Notes: a model not told the origin generated them from the letters alone. DNA of 64,000 nt from an uncultured Clostridium sp. (GCA_946500265.1 CAMMVE010000005.1:1906-65905); one strand, 5' to 3'. Positions 45,294-55,807 are shown, counted from the first letter of the stretch. Made by a program: numbers and translations.

Positions 45294-48200
45294 ATGAGTT
45301 TAAAGATTATTTATGGAAAATCGGGTACTGGTAAGAGTACATACATATTTAATGAAATAGCAGAGAAAATAAAGAATAATAATAGAAAAATTTATATTAT
45401 AACTCCAGAACAGTTTTCTTTTACAGCGGAGAAAAAGTTATTAGATGCCGTAGATGCGTCATCTGTTATATCTGCTGAAGTTTTAACTTTTAATCGTATG
45501 GCTTATAGAGTTTTAAAAGAGACTGGAAATTCCAATATTTCAAATTTGTCTACTTCTGGAAAGTCGATGATTATATATAATATTGTTTCAGAGCAGAAAA
45601 ATGATTTGAAGTTTATAGGAAAGTCAGCAGAGAATGTTGATTTGATAGGAACACAAATCACCGAGTTTAAAAAACATGGAATTACAGTAGAGCATCTTAG
45701 AGATGCAATGAATAAAGAAGAAGATAAATATTTAAAGTCTAAGCTTAATGATATGCTTACAGTATATGAAAAGTACACAGCAGAAATTGAAAATGGCTAT
45801 ATAGACGAAAACGACAGTCTTACCTTGCTTGCTGAGAGATTAGATTTAGTACATGACTTTGATGGAGTAGATATTTACATAGATGAATTTGTTGGATTTA
45901 CTCATCAAGAATATGAAATTATTAGGAAGCTTCTTACAAAAGCCAATGAAGTAAATATTACAGTTTGCACAGATGACATCAATTTAAGCAATAATATGGA
46001 TACAGATATTTTTTACATGAATAAATTAACATTGGACAAGATTTATTATATAGCTAAACAAGAAAATGTGCGTATAGAAAAGCCAGTAGAATTAACAAAA
46101 GTTTATAGATTCAAAAATGAAGAACTAAATCATTTAGAGAAAAATATATATGCATTTCCATATAAAAAGTTTGAAGAAAAACCATATAATATAGAACTGT
46201 TTTTGGCTAAAAATCAATATTCGGAAATTGAACATGTTGCAACAGGTATTATAAAGCTTGTGCGTGACCAAAATTATAGATTTAATGATGTTGCTGTTAT
46301 AACAAAAGATTTGGAAGGATATTCAAATTTATGCAAAGTAATATTTACAAAATATAATATTCCTGTATTTATAGATGAGAAAAAAGATTTGAATCAAAAT
46401 ATTCTTGTAAAATATTTGCTTGCAGTAATTAATATCTTTGCAAAGAACTGGTCATCTGCAAGTGTACTTGAATATGCAAAAACAGGGGTGGTAGATAATA
46501 TTGATGAAGAAGATATATGGAGAGTAGAAAATTATGCAGTAAGATGGGGCATCAAAGGAAGTAAATGGTATAATGGAGAGTGGATATTCTATAAAGAGAC
46601 AGAAGAAGAACAAGAAAAAATATTACATATAAGAGATAAAATAATAGGTCCACTTCTAAATTTTAAGAACGAACTTGCAGGAAAGAAGAGCGTTAAAGAC
46701 ATCACAAAAACTTTGTATGAATTTTTAATAGCTAATCACATTGATATTAATATGGAAAAGCATATTGCAGAATTGGAAGAAATAGGGGAGCTTGAAAAGG
46801 CAAAAGAATATGAGTCAAGCTATAAAATTATATTGGATGTTTTTGATGATTTGGTTTCGGTTTTAGGAGATAAAAAGGTAAGTTTCGAAAAATATGCAGA
46901 TTTACTTAAAATAGGATTAAGCAATACAGGATTAGGCAAAATACCAAGTACGCAGGACCAAGTAATTGTGGGAGATGTGGATAGATCTAGGAGTCACAAA
47001 GTAAAAGCTGTATTTATAATAGGACTAAATGACGGAATGTTTCCATCTGTTAATAAAAATGAAGGATTTTTCAATGATAAAGACAGAGAAAAGTTAAAAG
47101 AAGAAGGAACGGAGCTTGCAAAAGGCACCATGGAGCAATTATATGATGACAACTTTAATATTTATAAAGCGTTTTCAACAGCCGAGGAAAAGATATATTT
47201 ATCATATGCATCATCAGATTTAGAGGGGAAGTCTCTTAGACCATCTATTTTGGTAAATAGAGTAAAGAAAATTTATCCAAATTTAAATGAAGATAGTGAT
47301 GTGATTAATAAGAAAGATGAAATTATAACAGAAGAGAATGTTTTTGAAGAACTTTTAGACAATTTGAGAGAATTTAGAGATGGAAAAGAAATAGATAAAA
47401 TTTGGTTTGGGCTATATAATTACTTTGACAAAAGTGACAAATGGAAAACAAAGCTAGAAAGTTGCATCAAAGCCTTGAATTACAATTTGAAAACAGATAA
47501 AGTTGATAAAGAAAATCTTGATAAACTATACGGAGATACTTTAAGAACTAGTGTGTCTAGGCTAGAGCAATATAAATCATGCCCATTCTCGTATTACTTA
47601 AAATATGGGTTAAACCTATCAGAGAGGCAAGAGTTTAAAGTTCAGTCCATAGATACAGGAACATTTATGCATGATGTTATAGATAGCTTTTTTGATAGAG
47701 TGCAAGAAGCGGAATTGAATATTAAGACTATAGAGGAAGCGGAAATAGAAAAAATAGTTGATGAAATTATAGAAGAAAAGCTTGGATTAAAGCAAAACTA
47801 TATTTTAACAGGTATACCAAAATACAGAATTTTATCGAATAGATTAAAAAAAGTTGTTAAAAAATCAATAAAATATATTGTAAATAGTTTAAAATATAGC
47901 GATTTTGAAGTTATGGGACATGAGATGGAATTTAAAAATGGAAAAGAATATCCTGCGATAGTTCTGAATTTGGAAAGCGGAAAAAAGATTGAAATCACTG
48001 GGAAAATTGATAGAATAGATATAGCAAAAACACCAGATGGAAATTACATTAGAATTATAGATTATAAATCATCTGCAAAAGATATTAACTTGAACGAAGT
48101 GGTGGCAGGAGTTCAATTACAATTACTTACTTATTTAGATGCAATTTGCAATATAGAAGATGTTATACCAGCTGGAGCGCTTTATTTCAACTTAATTGAT

Positions 48201-48638
48201 CCTAGCGTTAAAGCTTCAAAGAAAATTGATGAAACGAAATTGGAAGATGAAATTAGGAAGCAATTTAAAATGAAAGGATTAGTATTAGCTGATGTTAATG
48301 TTGTAAAGAAAATGGACAAAACGCTAGAAAAAGGGAATTCTAATATAATTCCAGCATATATAGATAAGGACGGAAACTTATCTAATAGAGCTAGTACAAT
48401 TACAAGAGAACAATTTGAAAAATTGCAGAACTACACAAACAAAATTGTAAAACAGATAGGAAATGAAATTTTGTCTGGCAATATTGAAATAAAACCATAT
48501 TATGAATTGAAAAATGGCAAAACACCATGTGAGTATTGTAAATACAGGGCTATTTGTAATTTTAATACTGGTATTTGCAAGAAAGAATACAATTATATTG
48601 GGAATGAGAGTAAGGAGTTTATTTTGGATAATATGTAG
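45294..48638 (+). CDS. addB: ATP-dependent helicase/nuclease subunit B (AddB/RexB)
   Basis: It has an N-terminal GKSGTGKST motif, a length of 1114 aa and a C-terminal nuclease/Fe-S cysteines (CPFSYYLKYGL ... CEYCKYRAIC). Confidence 0.85.
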   Translation: MSLKIIYGKSGTGKSTYIFNEIAEKIKNNNRKIYIITPEQFSFTAEKKLLDAVDASSVISAEVLTFNRMAYRVLKETGNSNISNLSTSGKSMIIYNIVSEQKNDLKFIGKSAENVDLIGTQITEFKKHGITVEHLRDAMNKEEDKYLKSKLNDMLTVYEKYTAEIENGYIDENDSLTLLAERLDLVHDFDGVDIYIDEFVGFTHQEYEIIRKLLTKANEVNITVCTDDINLSNNMDTDIFYMNKLTLDKIYYIAKQENVRIEKPVELTKVYRFKNEELNHLEKNIYAFPYKKFEEKPYNIELFLAKNQYSEIEHVATGIIKLVRDQNYRFNDVAVITKDLEGYSNLCKVIFTKYNIPVFIDEKKDLNQNILVKYLLAVINIFAKNWSSASVLEYAKTGVVDNIDEEDIWRVENYAVRWGIKGSKWYNGEWIFYKETEEEQEKILHIRDKIIGPLLNFKNELAGKKSVKDITKTLYEFLIANHIDINMEKHIAELEEIGELEKAKEYESSYKIILDVFDDLVSVLGDKKVSFEKYADLLKIGLSNTGLGKIPSTQDQVIVGDVDRSRSHKVKAVFIIGLNDGMFPSVNKNEGFFNDKDREKLKEEGTELAKGTMEQLYDDNFNIYKAFSTAEEKIYLSYASSDLEGKSLRPSILVNRVKKIYPNLNEDSDVINKKDEIITEENVFEELLDNLREFRDGKEIDKIWFGLYNYFDKSDKWKTKLESCIKALNYNLKTDKVDKENLDKLYGDTLRTSVSRLEQYKSCPFSYYLKYGLNLSERQEFKVQSIDTGTFMHDVIDSFFDRVQEAELNIKTIEEAEIEKIVDEIIEEKLGLKQNYILTGIPKYRILSNRLKKVVKKSIKYIVNSLKYSDFEVMGHEMEFKNGKEYPAIVLNLESGKKIEITGKIDRIDIAKTPDGNYIRIIDYKSSAKDINLNEVVAGVQLQLLTYLDAICNIEDVIPAGALYFNLIDPSVKASKKIDETKLEDEIRKQFKMKGLVLADVNVVKKMDKTLEKGNSNIIPAYIDKDGNLSNRASTITREQFEKLQNYTNKIVKQIGNEILSGNIEIKPYYELKNGKTPCEYCKYRAICNFNTGICKKEYNYIGNESKEFILDNM

Positions 48639-48684
48639 TACATCAAGATTTAATATTATTTGAATACAAGAAAGGAGATGCATA

Positions 48685-49494
48685 ATGGAAAACGAAAATA
48701 TTATAATAAAAAAATTTCCTGATGGGACAGAAATTTTGCAATTTAAGCGATTATTAGAATTTCCAAATATAAAACATGGATATACTTTGAGAAAAAACAA
48801 TATAAATGTTCAAGTGAGAAATGCAGATGAGAGTCCTCTTATTGATAGCTATAAAAAAGTGGGGGCGCTATTTAATCTTGATTATAGAAATATCGTTAAA
48901 CCTCATCAAACTCATACAGATAGAATTGAAATTGTAAATAATACAAACGAAGAATTCAACGAAGTTGATGGATTAATAACAAACAAGAAAGATATTTGTT
49001 TATGCACAACATCTGCTGACTGCACATCTTTATTGTTTTACGACTATAAGAATCAAGTAATTGCAAATGTGCATTCTGGATGGAGAGGAACATTGCAGAG
49101 GATAGGAGAAAAGACTGTAGAAAAGTTGAAAAATGAATGTAAATGTAATGCTGAGAATATAATTTGTTGCATATCTCCTTGCATTCAAAAATGCCATTTT
49201 GAAGTAGACGAAGATGTGATGCAAATGTTTAAAAATGAATTTGAAAGTATGTGCAAAATAGATAAATTTATTTTTAAAGGTAGGGTGGCAGATGGCAAGC
49301 AAAAATATAATATTGATACTACAATATTAAATAAAATGATGTTACAAGAAGAAGGATTATTAGAGGAAAACATTATAGATAGCGGATTATGTACAGTTTG
49401 CAATTCTGAGTTGTTTCATTCACATAGAGTGGATAAGGAAAAATCTGGAAGAAATGGGGCTTTTGTTTTATTAATCAAGAATACTACCATATAA
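48685..49494 (+). CDS. pgeF: YfiH/PgeF-family (DUF152, laccase-domain) peptidoglycan editing factor
   Basis: It contains KPHQTHTD, DGLIT, TADCTSLLFYD, HSGWRGT and CT.C....FHSHR. Confidence 0.8.
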   Translation: MENENIIIKKFPDGTEILQFKRLLEFPNIKHGYTLRKNNINVQVRNADESPLIDSYKKVGALFNLDYRNIVKPHQTHTDRIEIVNNTNEEFNEVDGLITNKKDICLCTTSADCTSLLFYDYKNQVIANVHSGWRGTLQRIGEKTVEKLKNECKCNAENIICCISPCIQKCHFEVDEDVMQMFKNEFESMCKIDKFIFKGRVADGKQKYNIDTTILNKMMLQEEGLLEENIIDSGLCTVCNSELFHSHRVDKEKSGRNGAFVLLIKNTTI

Positions 49495-49562
49495 ACTTAA
49501 TTTGTGATATAATAGTATAGAAAATTGGGGATTTCCCAAATAAATTTTAGGAGAGATTAATC

Positions 49563-49982
49563 ATGAAAGTTATGGACCAACTAGAATCTTATTTTGTATT
49601 ACGGAAAGATTTAGAGGTCGTAGAGGAACTTTCAAATGCTGCTATGCTGGTATTTGAACAACTTCTACCAATGGAGAGAGCAAAAGAATGTTATGAAGAA
49701 GTATGGCTCAAACTTATTCAAGTATCACAACATATGACTACCGTAAAACTGGACATTCAGTCCGAAAGAGAATTGGAGGATAGCTTTACTGAATTCTTTT
49801 ATGGAGAGATTAATCGAAAGGAATTAAAGGAACGCCTTTCTCCTTCCATAAACGGAATGCAACGATGCATTAGAGATTTAAAGTCTCACAAAGAGATTTT
49901 AGAGTATCTTTTGCTTAAAAAGTATGAAGAGCATTTCGACAAAAAAGCATCTGAAATTTTGGAATTTTTGGAATCGATGTAA
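49563..49982 (+). CDS. Hypothetical helical protein
   Basis: It has a good RBS and is a 139-aa, all-helix-looking protein. It is GC-richer than its neighbours and contains an in-frame CGG at 49602-49604. I recognise no family. Confidence 0.4.
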   Translation: MKVMDQLESYFVLRKDLEVVEELSNAAMLVFEQLLPMERAKECYEEVWLKLIQVSQHMTTVKLDIQSERELEDSFTEFFYGEINRKELKERLSPSINGMQRCIRDLKSHKEILEYLLLKKYEEHFDKKASEILEFLESM

Positions 49983-50006
49983 GGCACAAAATACTGCAAA
50001 ATCTCT

Positions 50007-50043
50007 AAATAGCTACTAACCAAATGGTGGTAGCTATTTTTTA
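50007..50043. terminator. Bidirectional terminator hairpin between convergent genes
   Basis: AAATAGCTAC ... GTAGCTATTT is flanked by T-runs. Confidence 0.65.
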
Positions 50044-50069
50044 ATCATCTTTACAATATTTCATATAGA

Positions 50070-50963
50070 CTAATTTAATGATTCAACCTCTTCTCTTGAT
50101 AAACCGGTTGCTTTAATGATAATTTCAATTTCAATGCCTTGCTTCTTTAAATTTTTAGCAATTTCCAATTTTTCCTCTTTTTTACCTTCTTTTTTACCAT
50201 TATCTGTAGCTTCATTAATAGAAACGTTATAATCCCATATAGCAAGTTTTCTCTTGTATGCCTCTAATCTTTCATTTTCATCAGCACTCATTTCGTCTAA
50301 GTCCTCAACAACTTTTTCAATTGATTTATTTTTTTCACTTGCCATTTTAACTTTGTCCTCCTCTCCAATAATTAACCATAGCCATTGCTCTAATTCATTG
50401 CTAATTCCTGGATTCTGCTTTAAAAATTTAGGTAATTCTATATAATGAAATCCTACTCTATCTGTTAAAATTTGCTGTTCAGGTTCATAGCCCATATCTA
50501 CATATTTTATAGGGTCAGTTTCTTCAAATTTTAAATGCACTATACTATGATAAGCATTTCTTTTTAACAGATTATCTCCAAGAATATTTATAGAGATAAA
50601 TTTCTTTAAGTATTGGTATTTATCTCCGACTCGAAGCTGTTCCGCAATAATCCTAGATAAATAAGAAATATTTCTATTAACGATAGTATAGACATTACCA
50701 ACTTGCATTTCAACATCAATAATAATATCGTCATTAACATGGGCTCTAATGTCAAGAATACCAAGCTTTTCATCAGGGTAATTTTTAGGCAGTTCAGGAT
50801 TCTTAACTTCAATATTATTAATAGAAATATTAAGAATAGCCTCCAAGAATTCTTTAAGCTCAGAACTATTTTCAGGCTTAGAAAAGATTTTTTTAAAGAC
50901 ATAATCATCTTTTAAATCGAGTCTGGAATTGTCTTTAATAAAATCAGACATGTTTTGTAACAT
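50070..50963 (-). CDS. Rpn-family recombination-promoting nuclease / putative transposase (YhgA-like, PD-(D/E)XK)
   Basis: It begins LKDDYVFKKIF and contains ...LGILDIRAHVNDDIIIDVEMQV (the D..D/ExK core) and HYIELPKF. I prefer the start ATG at 50963, 8 nt after AAGGAG. Confidence 0.75.
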   Translation of the reverse strand: MLQNMSDFIKDNSRLDLKDDYVFKKIFSKPENSSELKEFLEAILNISINNIEVKNPELPKNYPDEKLGILDIRAHVNDDIIIDVEMQVGNVYTIVNRNISYLSRIIAEQLRVGDKYQYLKKFISINILGDNLLKRNAYHSIVHLKFEETDPIKYVDMGYEPEQQILTDRVGFHYIELPKFLKQNPGISNELEQWLWLIIGEEDKVKMASEKNKSIEKVVEDLDEMSADENERLEAYKRKLAIWDYNVSINEATDNGKKEGKKEEKLEIAKNLKKQGIEIEIIIKATGLSREEVESLN

Positions 50964-51451
50964 AAGCATTTCTCCTTCCAATTATATAATAGAAAATAAC
51001 TATAATCAACATTTTTATAAATTTAACTTAAAAATAACACAAAAATATATGGGTGAAATATCGAGGGGTAAAATTGATAATTCTTTGTTAACAAAAAATT
51101 ATTGAGAACGATATAGATTAATAATGGCGACAGATATAAATTAAATAATAAAAATAATAGATTATAAAATTGAAATAAAATAACTAAAACAATTAGGAAA
51201 TTCAAAAGAAATAACTTTTAGAGAAAGTAGTAATAAAATAAAGTAAAACTAAAAAGAATAAAAGTAATTTGAAAAAAACTAATATTTTAGAAATTAAATA
51301 CTCAATTTTAAAAATATATATCACGAACAAATAGAAAAATCAAGTAAAATCGTTCGACGGAATTCGACAACAAAATATTTTTCTACGTGAAAAAAAGCTA
51401 AAAAATTTGCAGAAGTTGTTAAAATAGGACTGCTAATAAAGTATTAAGATA

Positions 51452-51480
51452 TTGAAAAAAAAGCTAAACAATGATAATAT
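51452..51480 (+). promoter_or_regulatory. Sigma-A-type promoter (TTGAAA-17-TAATAT)
   Basis: It lies upstream of the LD-carboxypeptidase gene. Confidence 0.45.
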
Positions 51481-51550
51481 ATAACACAGCGAAAGTTTAC
51501 CCAAAGGGGGCTGGTCCCAATGGCACATTTATATCAGAGAGGTAAAATTT

Positions 51551-52459
51551 ATGTTTAAGAAATTGCAAGAAGGAGACACAGTTGGAGTTATTGCTCCATC
51601 TTCAAAAATAGATAAGGATGATTTAGAAGTAATAAATAATTCTGTTTTGCTATTAGAAGGAAGAGGATTAAAAATTAAATTTGGAAATAATGCTTTTAAA
51701 GATACATTAGGATATAGTGCTACTCCACAAGAAAAAGCAGATGATATTAACAGAATGTTTGAAGATAAAGAGGTTAAGATGATTTTTTGCGTTAGTGGTG
51801 GCTTTAATTCAAATTCTGTTTTTGAATATTTGGATTATGAGATTATTAAAGCAAATCCAAAACCATTATGCGGTTTTAGTGATAGCACATCTTTAGAAAA
51901 TGTTATTTATGAAAAAACAGGCGTTATTACATTTAATGGACCTACTTTTAAAGCGTTAACTTCGTGGGCTACACCATATGCATATCAAGAATTTGAAAAG
52001 AGACTTATGCAAGGAGATATGACATTGGGAAGAGATGAAGATGAATATTTAACTGTAAAAGAAGGAAAAGCTGAGGGAATTTTAGTAGGTGGAAATTTGA
52101 GTTTAGTAAGCCAAATGTCAGCTGGGGCTTATAAAATGGATTTCACAGATAAAATATTATTCATAGAAGAATTTTGCTTAGAATCACCACCAGAATTAGT
52201 GTCAAATCACCTTTATTATATGAAACAAAATGGAGTTTTTGATAAATTAAAAGGAATATGGGTTGGAAATTATGATGGAAGTGTAGCATTAGAAAGAATA
52301 TTGCTAGATGTGTTAGGTGATGAGTATAAATTTCCTATAATAAAATCAAATAATTTCGGGCATACAGAAAAGAAAACTCTTATACCTGTTGGTGGCAAGG
52401 CAAGAATTGACACAGATAAAGATGTGAAAATTGAAATTATAGAAAATTTTATGGACTAA
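51551..52459 (+). CDS. S66-family LD-carboxypeptidase (LdcA/MccF-like)
   Basis: It contains GDTVGVIAPSS near the N-terminus, GFSD (catalytic Ser) and a C-terminal FGHT. Confidence 0.75.
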   Translation: MFKKLQEGDTVGVIAPSSKIDKDDLEVINNSVLLLEGRGLKIKFGNNAFKDTLGYSATPQEKADDINRMFEDKEVKMIFCVSGGFNSNSVFEYLDYEIIKANPKPLCGFSDSTSLENVIYEKTGVITFNGPTFKALTSWATPYAYQEFEKRLMQGDMTLGRDEDEYLTVKEGKAEGILVGGNLSLVSQMSAGAYKMDFTDKILFIEEFCLESPPELVSNHLYYMKQNGVFDKLKGIWVGNYDGSVALERILLDVLGDEYKFPIIKSNNFGHTEKKTLIPVGGKARIDTDKDVKIEIIENFMD

Positions 52460-52579
52460 AAAATAAAGAACTACAAGTTACCTCATGAATTAAGTAGATA
52501 TTTATAAATAAAGTCAAGAGACATTTTAAAATTTTGGAACAATAAAAATATATAATTACAGAAGGAATGAGATTAAAGA

Positions 52580-53140
52580 ATGTATAATAATTGGGAAGAG
52601 CTAGAAGAATCAATAGAAAATTGTAATAAATGTAAGCTATGTAAAGCTAGAATAAATATAGTTTTTGGAACTGGAAATAAAAATGCAGATATTATGCTAA
52701 TTGGAGAAGGGCCTGGTGCAGACGAGGATAAGCAAGGAATACCTTTCGTAGGAAAAGCTGGACAGCTTATGAACAAAGCCTTTGAAGGTTTAGGAATCGA
52801 TAGAGACAGTGTGTACATAGCAAATGTTGTAAAATGCAGACCTCCTGCAAATAGAGTGCCTGAAGATGATGAGGCGGTCGCATGCCTAGATTATTTGCGT
52901 AATCAAGTTATACTAGTTAAGCCTAAAATAATTGTTCTATTAGGTAGTACAGCATTGAAAAATATTTGTGGAAAGCAATATGGAATAACAGCAAGTAGAG
53001 GAAATTGGATAGAGAAAAAAGGAATATTATACATGCCAACATGGCATCCAGCAGCACTTCTAAGAGATGAGAATAAAAAAATAGAATTCTGGAAAGATTT
53101 AAAAGAAGTTATGAGAAAATATAAACAGATTATGAGTTAG
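52580..53140 (+). CDS. Family 4 uracil-DNA glycosylase
   Basis: It contains C.KC.LC, VFGTGNKNADIMLIGEGPGADED..G.PFVG.AG and a C-terminal HPAALLR. Confidence 0.8.
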   Translation: MYNNWEELEESIENCNKCKLCKARINIVFGTGNKNADIMLIGEGPGADEDKQGIPFVGKAGQLMNKAFEGLGIDRDSVYIANVVKCRPPANRVPEDDEAVACLDYLRNQVILVKPKIIVLLGSTALKNICGKQYGITASRGNWIEKKGILYMPTWHPAALLRDENKKIEFWKDLKEVMRKYKQIMS

Positions 53141-53147
53141 GGAAAGA

Positions 53148-53708
53148 ATGTATATGAATAAATATTATGAAAAAATAGATTATCAATTATTAAATAAAAA
53201 GACTACGTATAAAGGAAAAAGGCTAGAAGTAGAGGAATTAAATTATAAAAATCCTAGAACAAATCAAACAATATATAGAGAACATGTACTTGCAGGAAAT
53301 GCAGTAGTAATAATACCAGAAACAGACAATAAAGAATTCATTATGATAAAAGAACCACGTACACCTATTGGAAAAACAGTTCTTGCATTTCCAGCAGGAA
53401 TGATAGAAAAGGGTGAGCAAGAAGAAGAAAGTGCAATAAGAGAATTAGAAGAAGAAACTGGTTATAGAGCAGGAAAAATAAAGAAAATAAGAGATGTATA
53501 TACTGCAATAGGATATTCTAACGAAAAGGTAACAATATTTTTGGCGAAGGATTTGGTAAAAACTCATAATCACCTTGATGAGACTGAAGATATTGAAGTT
53601 TTAAAAATTCCAAAAAAAGAAGTAAGAAAAATGCTAGACAATAATGAAATAAAAACCTCAAGTGAAGAGATAGGACTATTGCATTACTTTTTATATGAGG
53701 ATAAGTAA
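53148..53708 (+). CDS. NUDIX hydrolase (ADP-ribose pyrophosphatase-like)
   Basis: The Nudix box is GMIEKGEQEEESAIRELEEETGY. Confidence 0.7.
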   Translation: MYMNKYYEKIDYQLLNKKTTYKGKRLEVEELNYKNPRTNQTIYREHVLAGNAVVIIPETDNKEFIMIKEPRTPIGKTVLAFPAGMIEKGEQEEESAIRELEEETGYRAGKIKKIRDVYTAIGYSNEKVTIFLAKDLVKTHNHLDETEDIEVLKIPKKEVRKMLDNNEIKTSSEEIGLLHYFLYEDK

Positions 53709-53802
53709 ATAAAACTAATACAAACGGTCAGATGGATGACAATAGAAGTAATTTAATATATAATAACAAGTACCAAATAAAAGCAAAGAAAGGATTAATA
53801 AC

Positions 53803-55191
53803 ATGGAAGAACAAATAAAAGAATACGCAGAATATTGTTTGAATTGCCCAGCAAAACCATGTAGCCAAAAAGGTTGCCCACTAAATAATGATATTCCGGC
53901 ATTTATTCATCAAGTAAAACAGGAAAATATAAAAGAAGCATATAAAATATTATCGAATACTACTGTTTTAGGAAGTGTATGTGGAAGAATATGTCCACAT
54001 ATGAAGCAATGCCAAGGAAGTTGCATAAGAGGTATAAAAGGCGAACCTGTCAATATAGGCGAAATAGAAGCATATGTATTTGATGAAGCATTGGAAAATG
54101 AATGGTACAGAGAAGAGAAGCAAACTAATGAATTAGAGGGGAAAAAAGTAGCAGTAGTAGGCGGAGGACCAGCAGGGCTTACATGTGCTAGCTTTTTAGC
54201 AAGAAAAGGAGCAAAGATTACAATTTATGAAAAATATAATGAACTAGGGGGCATACTTGCTCATGGAATTCCTGAATTTAGATTAGAAAAAGAAACATTA
54301 AAAAGCACAGTAGATTCAATTTTAAATGCAGGAAGTTATAGCAGTGAACAAATGGAAGATGGTGAAGACCAAAAGGCGCAAGTAACTACCGAAAGCACAA
54401 ATAAAATAGAAAAAATATCAACTCAAGAAGCATTAGGACAAAATGAAGAAGCCAATAATAGCAAGATAGAAGTAAGATATGGAATGGAATTAGGGAAGAA
54501 TTTTAATCTAACAGACTTAGAGAATAGTTTTGATGCTATATTTTTAGGATTCGGAGCTAATGTATCTGCTAAAATGAACATAGAAGGAGAAGAGCTAGAA
54601 GGAGTATATGGAGGAAATAGATTATTAGAAAGAGGCGAACATCCTTCATATAAAGGAAAAAAAGTGGCAGTAATAGGCGGAGGCAATGTTGCAATGGACT
54701 GCTCGAGAACTATTAATAGGTTGGGAGCAGATAAGGTATATGTAATATATAGAAGAGCAGAAAAGCAGATGCCAGCAGAAGTAAAAGAAATCGAAGATGC
54801 AAAAAGAGAAGGAGTAGAATTTTTATTTCAAAATAATATTGTAAAAATTTTAGGAGATAAAAAAGTAGAAAAAATTGAGTGTATAAAAACTCAGCTCGTA
54901 AAAAAAGAAGGGGAAACAAGAGAAGTACCAGTTAATATAGAAAATAGTAATTACATGCTAGATATGGACTATGTTGTAATGGCAGTGGGCTCTGAACCAG
55001 AAAAGGAATTAGTAAAAGGTTTAGGATTAGAACTAAATAAATGGGGCTGCATAAATGTAGATGAAAAGCATAGAACATCAAGGGAAAAAATATTTGCAGG
55101 TGGAGATTTAGCAGGAGATAGAGCAACAGTAGCATGGGCAGCAAGAGCTGGAAGAGATGCAGCAGTAGCAATAGAAGAATATTTGAAATAA
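53803..55191 (+). CDS. GltD/NfnB-like NAD(P)H-dependent FAD oxidoreductase (glutamate synthase small-subunit family) with a ~45-aa hydrophilic insertion
   Basis: It has N-terminal Fe-S cysteines (CLNC..KPC...GCP; CGRICPHMKQCQGSC) and two dinucleotide folds (VAVVGGGPAGL; VAVIGGGNVAMD). Confidence 0.75.
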   Translation: MEEQIKEYAEYCLNCPAKPCSQKGCPLNNDIPAFIHQVKQENIKEAYKILSNTTVLGSVCGRICPHMKQCQGSCIRGIKGEPVNIGEIEAYVFDEALENEWYREEKQTNELEGKKVAVVGGGPAGLTCASFLARKGAKITIYEKYNELGGILAHGIPEFRLEKETLKSTVDSILNAGSYSSEQMEDGEDQKAQVTTESTNKIEKISTQEALGQNEEANNSKIEVRYGMELGKNFNLTDLENSFDAIFLGFGANVSAKMNIEGEELEGVYGGNRLLERGEHPSYKGKKVAVIGGGNVAMDCSRTINRLGADKVYVIYRRAEKQMPAEVKEIEDAKREGVEFLFQNNIVKILGDKKVEKIECIKTQLVKKEGETREVPVNIENSNYMLDMDYVVMAVGSEPEKELVKGLGLELNKWGCINVDEKHRTSREKIFAGGDLAGDRATVAWAARAGRDAAVAIEEYLK

Positions 55192-55260
55192 GTAACTTAC
55201 CCAAAGGGGGCATACCTCTTTGGGTGAATATATTATTAAAGGTAAAAGGGAGGTAATATT

Positions 55261-55761
55261 ATGGAAATGGTAGACAAATTTGACAACAAAAGAAGACCAT
55301 TAAACAAAACTACAGAAAGACATGAGAAAATAGAGGGAGAATATCGCCAGTCTGTACATACTTGGATACAAAACAGCAAAGGAGAATTTTTAATTCAAAA
55401 AAGGACACCAAATAAAAAATTTTTCCCTAACATGTGGTCTCAAACAGGAGGCGGAGTCGATACGGGAGAAAATACTTTTCAAGCAGCAGTAAGAGAATGC
55501 AAAGAAGAATTAGGTATAGACATAGATACAAAAAATATGGAACTTATAATGTCATTTAAAAGAAAGTTTGATTTCGTAGATGTGTGGTTAGTTAAAAAAG
55601 ATTTTGATATTTCATCATTAGTCTTACAAGAAGACGAGGTTGCAGATGCTAAATGGGCAACCGTAGATGAAATTAGAGAACTTATGAAAGAAGGCAATCT
55701 TGCCAAAAGTATAGAAATATATTTTGACATGTTTTTAGAATTATTAGATTATCCATTTTAA
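55261..55761 (+). CDS. NUDIX hydrolase
   Basis: The Nudix box is GGGVDTGENTFQAAVRECKEELGI. Confidence 0.7.
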   Translation: MEMVDKFDNKRRPLNKTTERHEKIEGEYRQSVHTWIQNSKGEFLIQKRTPNKKFFPNMWSQTGGGVDTGENTFQAAVRECKEELGIDIDTKNMELIMSFKRKFDFVDVWLVKKDFDISSLVLQEDEVADAKWATVDEIRELMKEGNLAKSIEIYFDMFLELLDYPF

Positions 55762-55807
55762 TCTTAAAAGGGGCTTAGATTCATTTGTTGTATAGGAAAA
55801 GCTATAT

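Noticed and set aside
51496-55232. Shared motif TTACCCAAAGGGGGC at 51496 and 55199 as a riboswitch or regulatory family.
   Set aside because: There are only two short copies, only the second forms a clear hairpin (ACCCAAAG..CTTTGGGT), and it resembles no RNA family I know. This is too little evidence.
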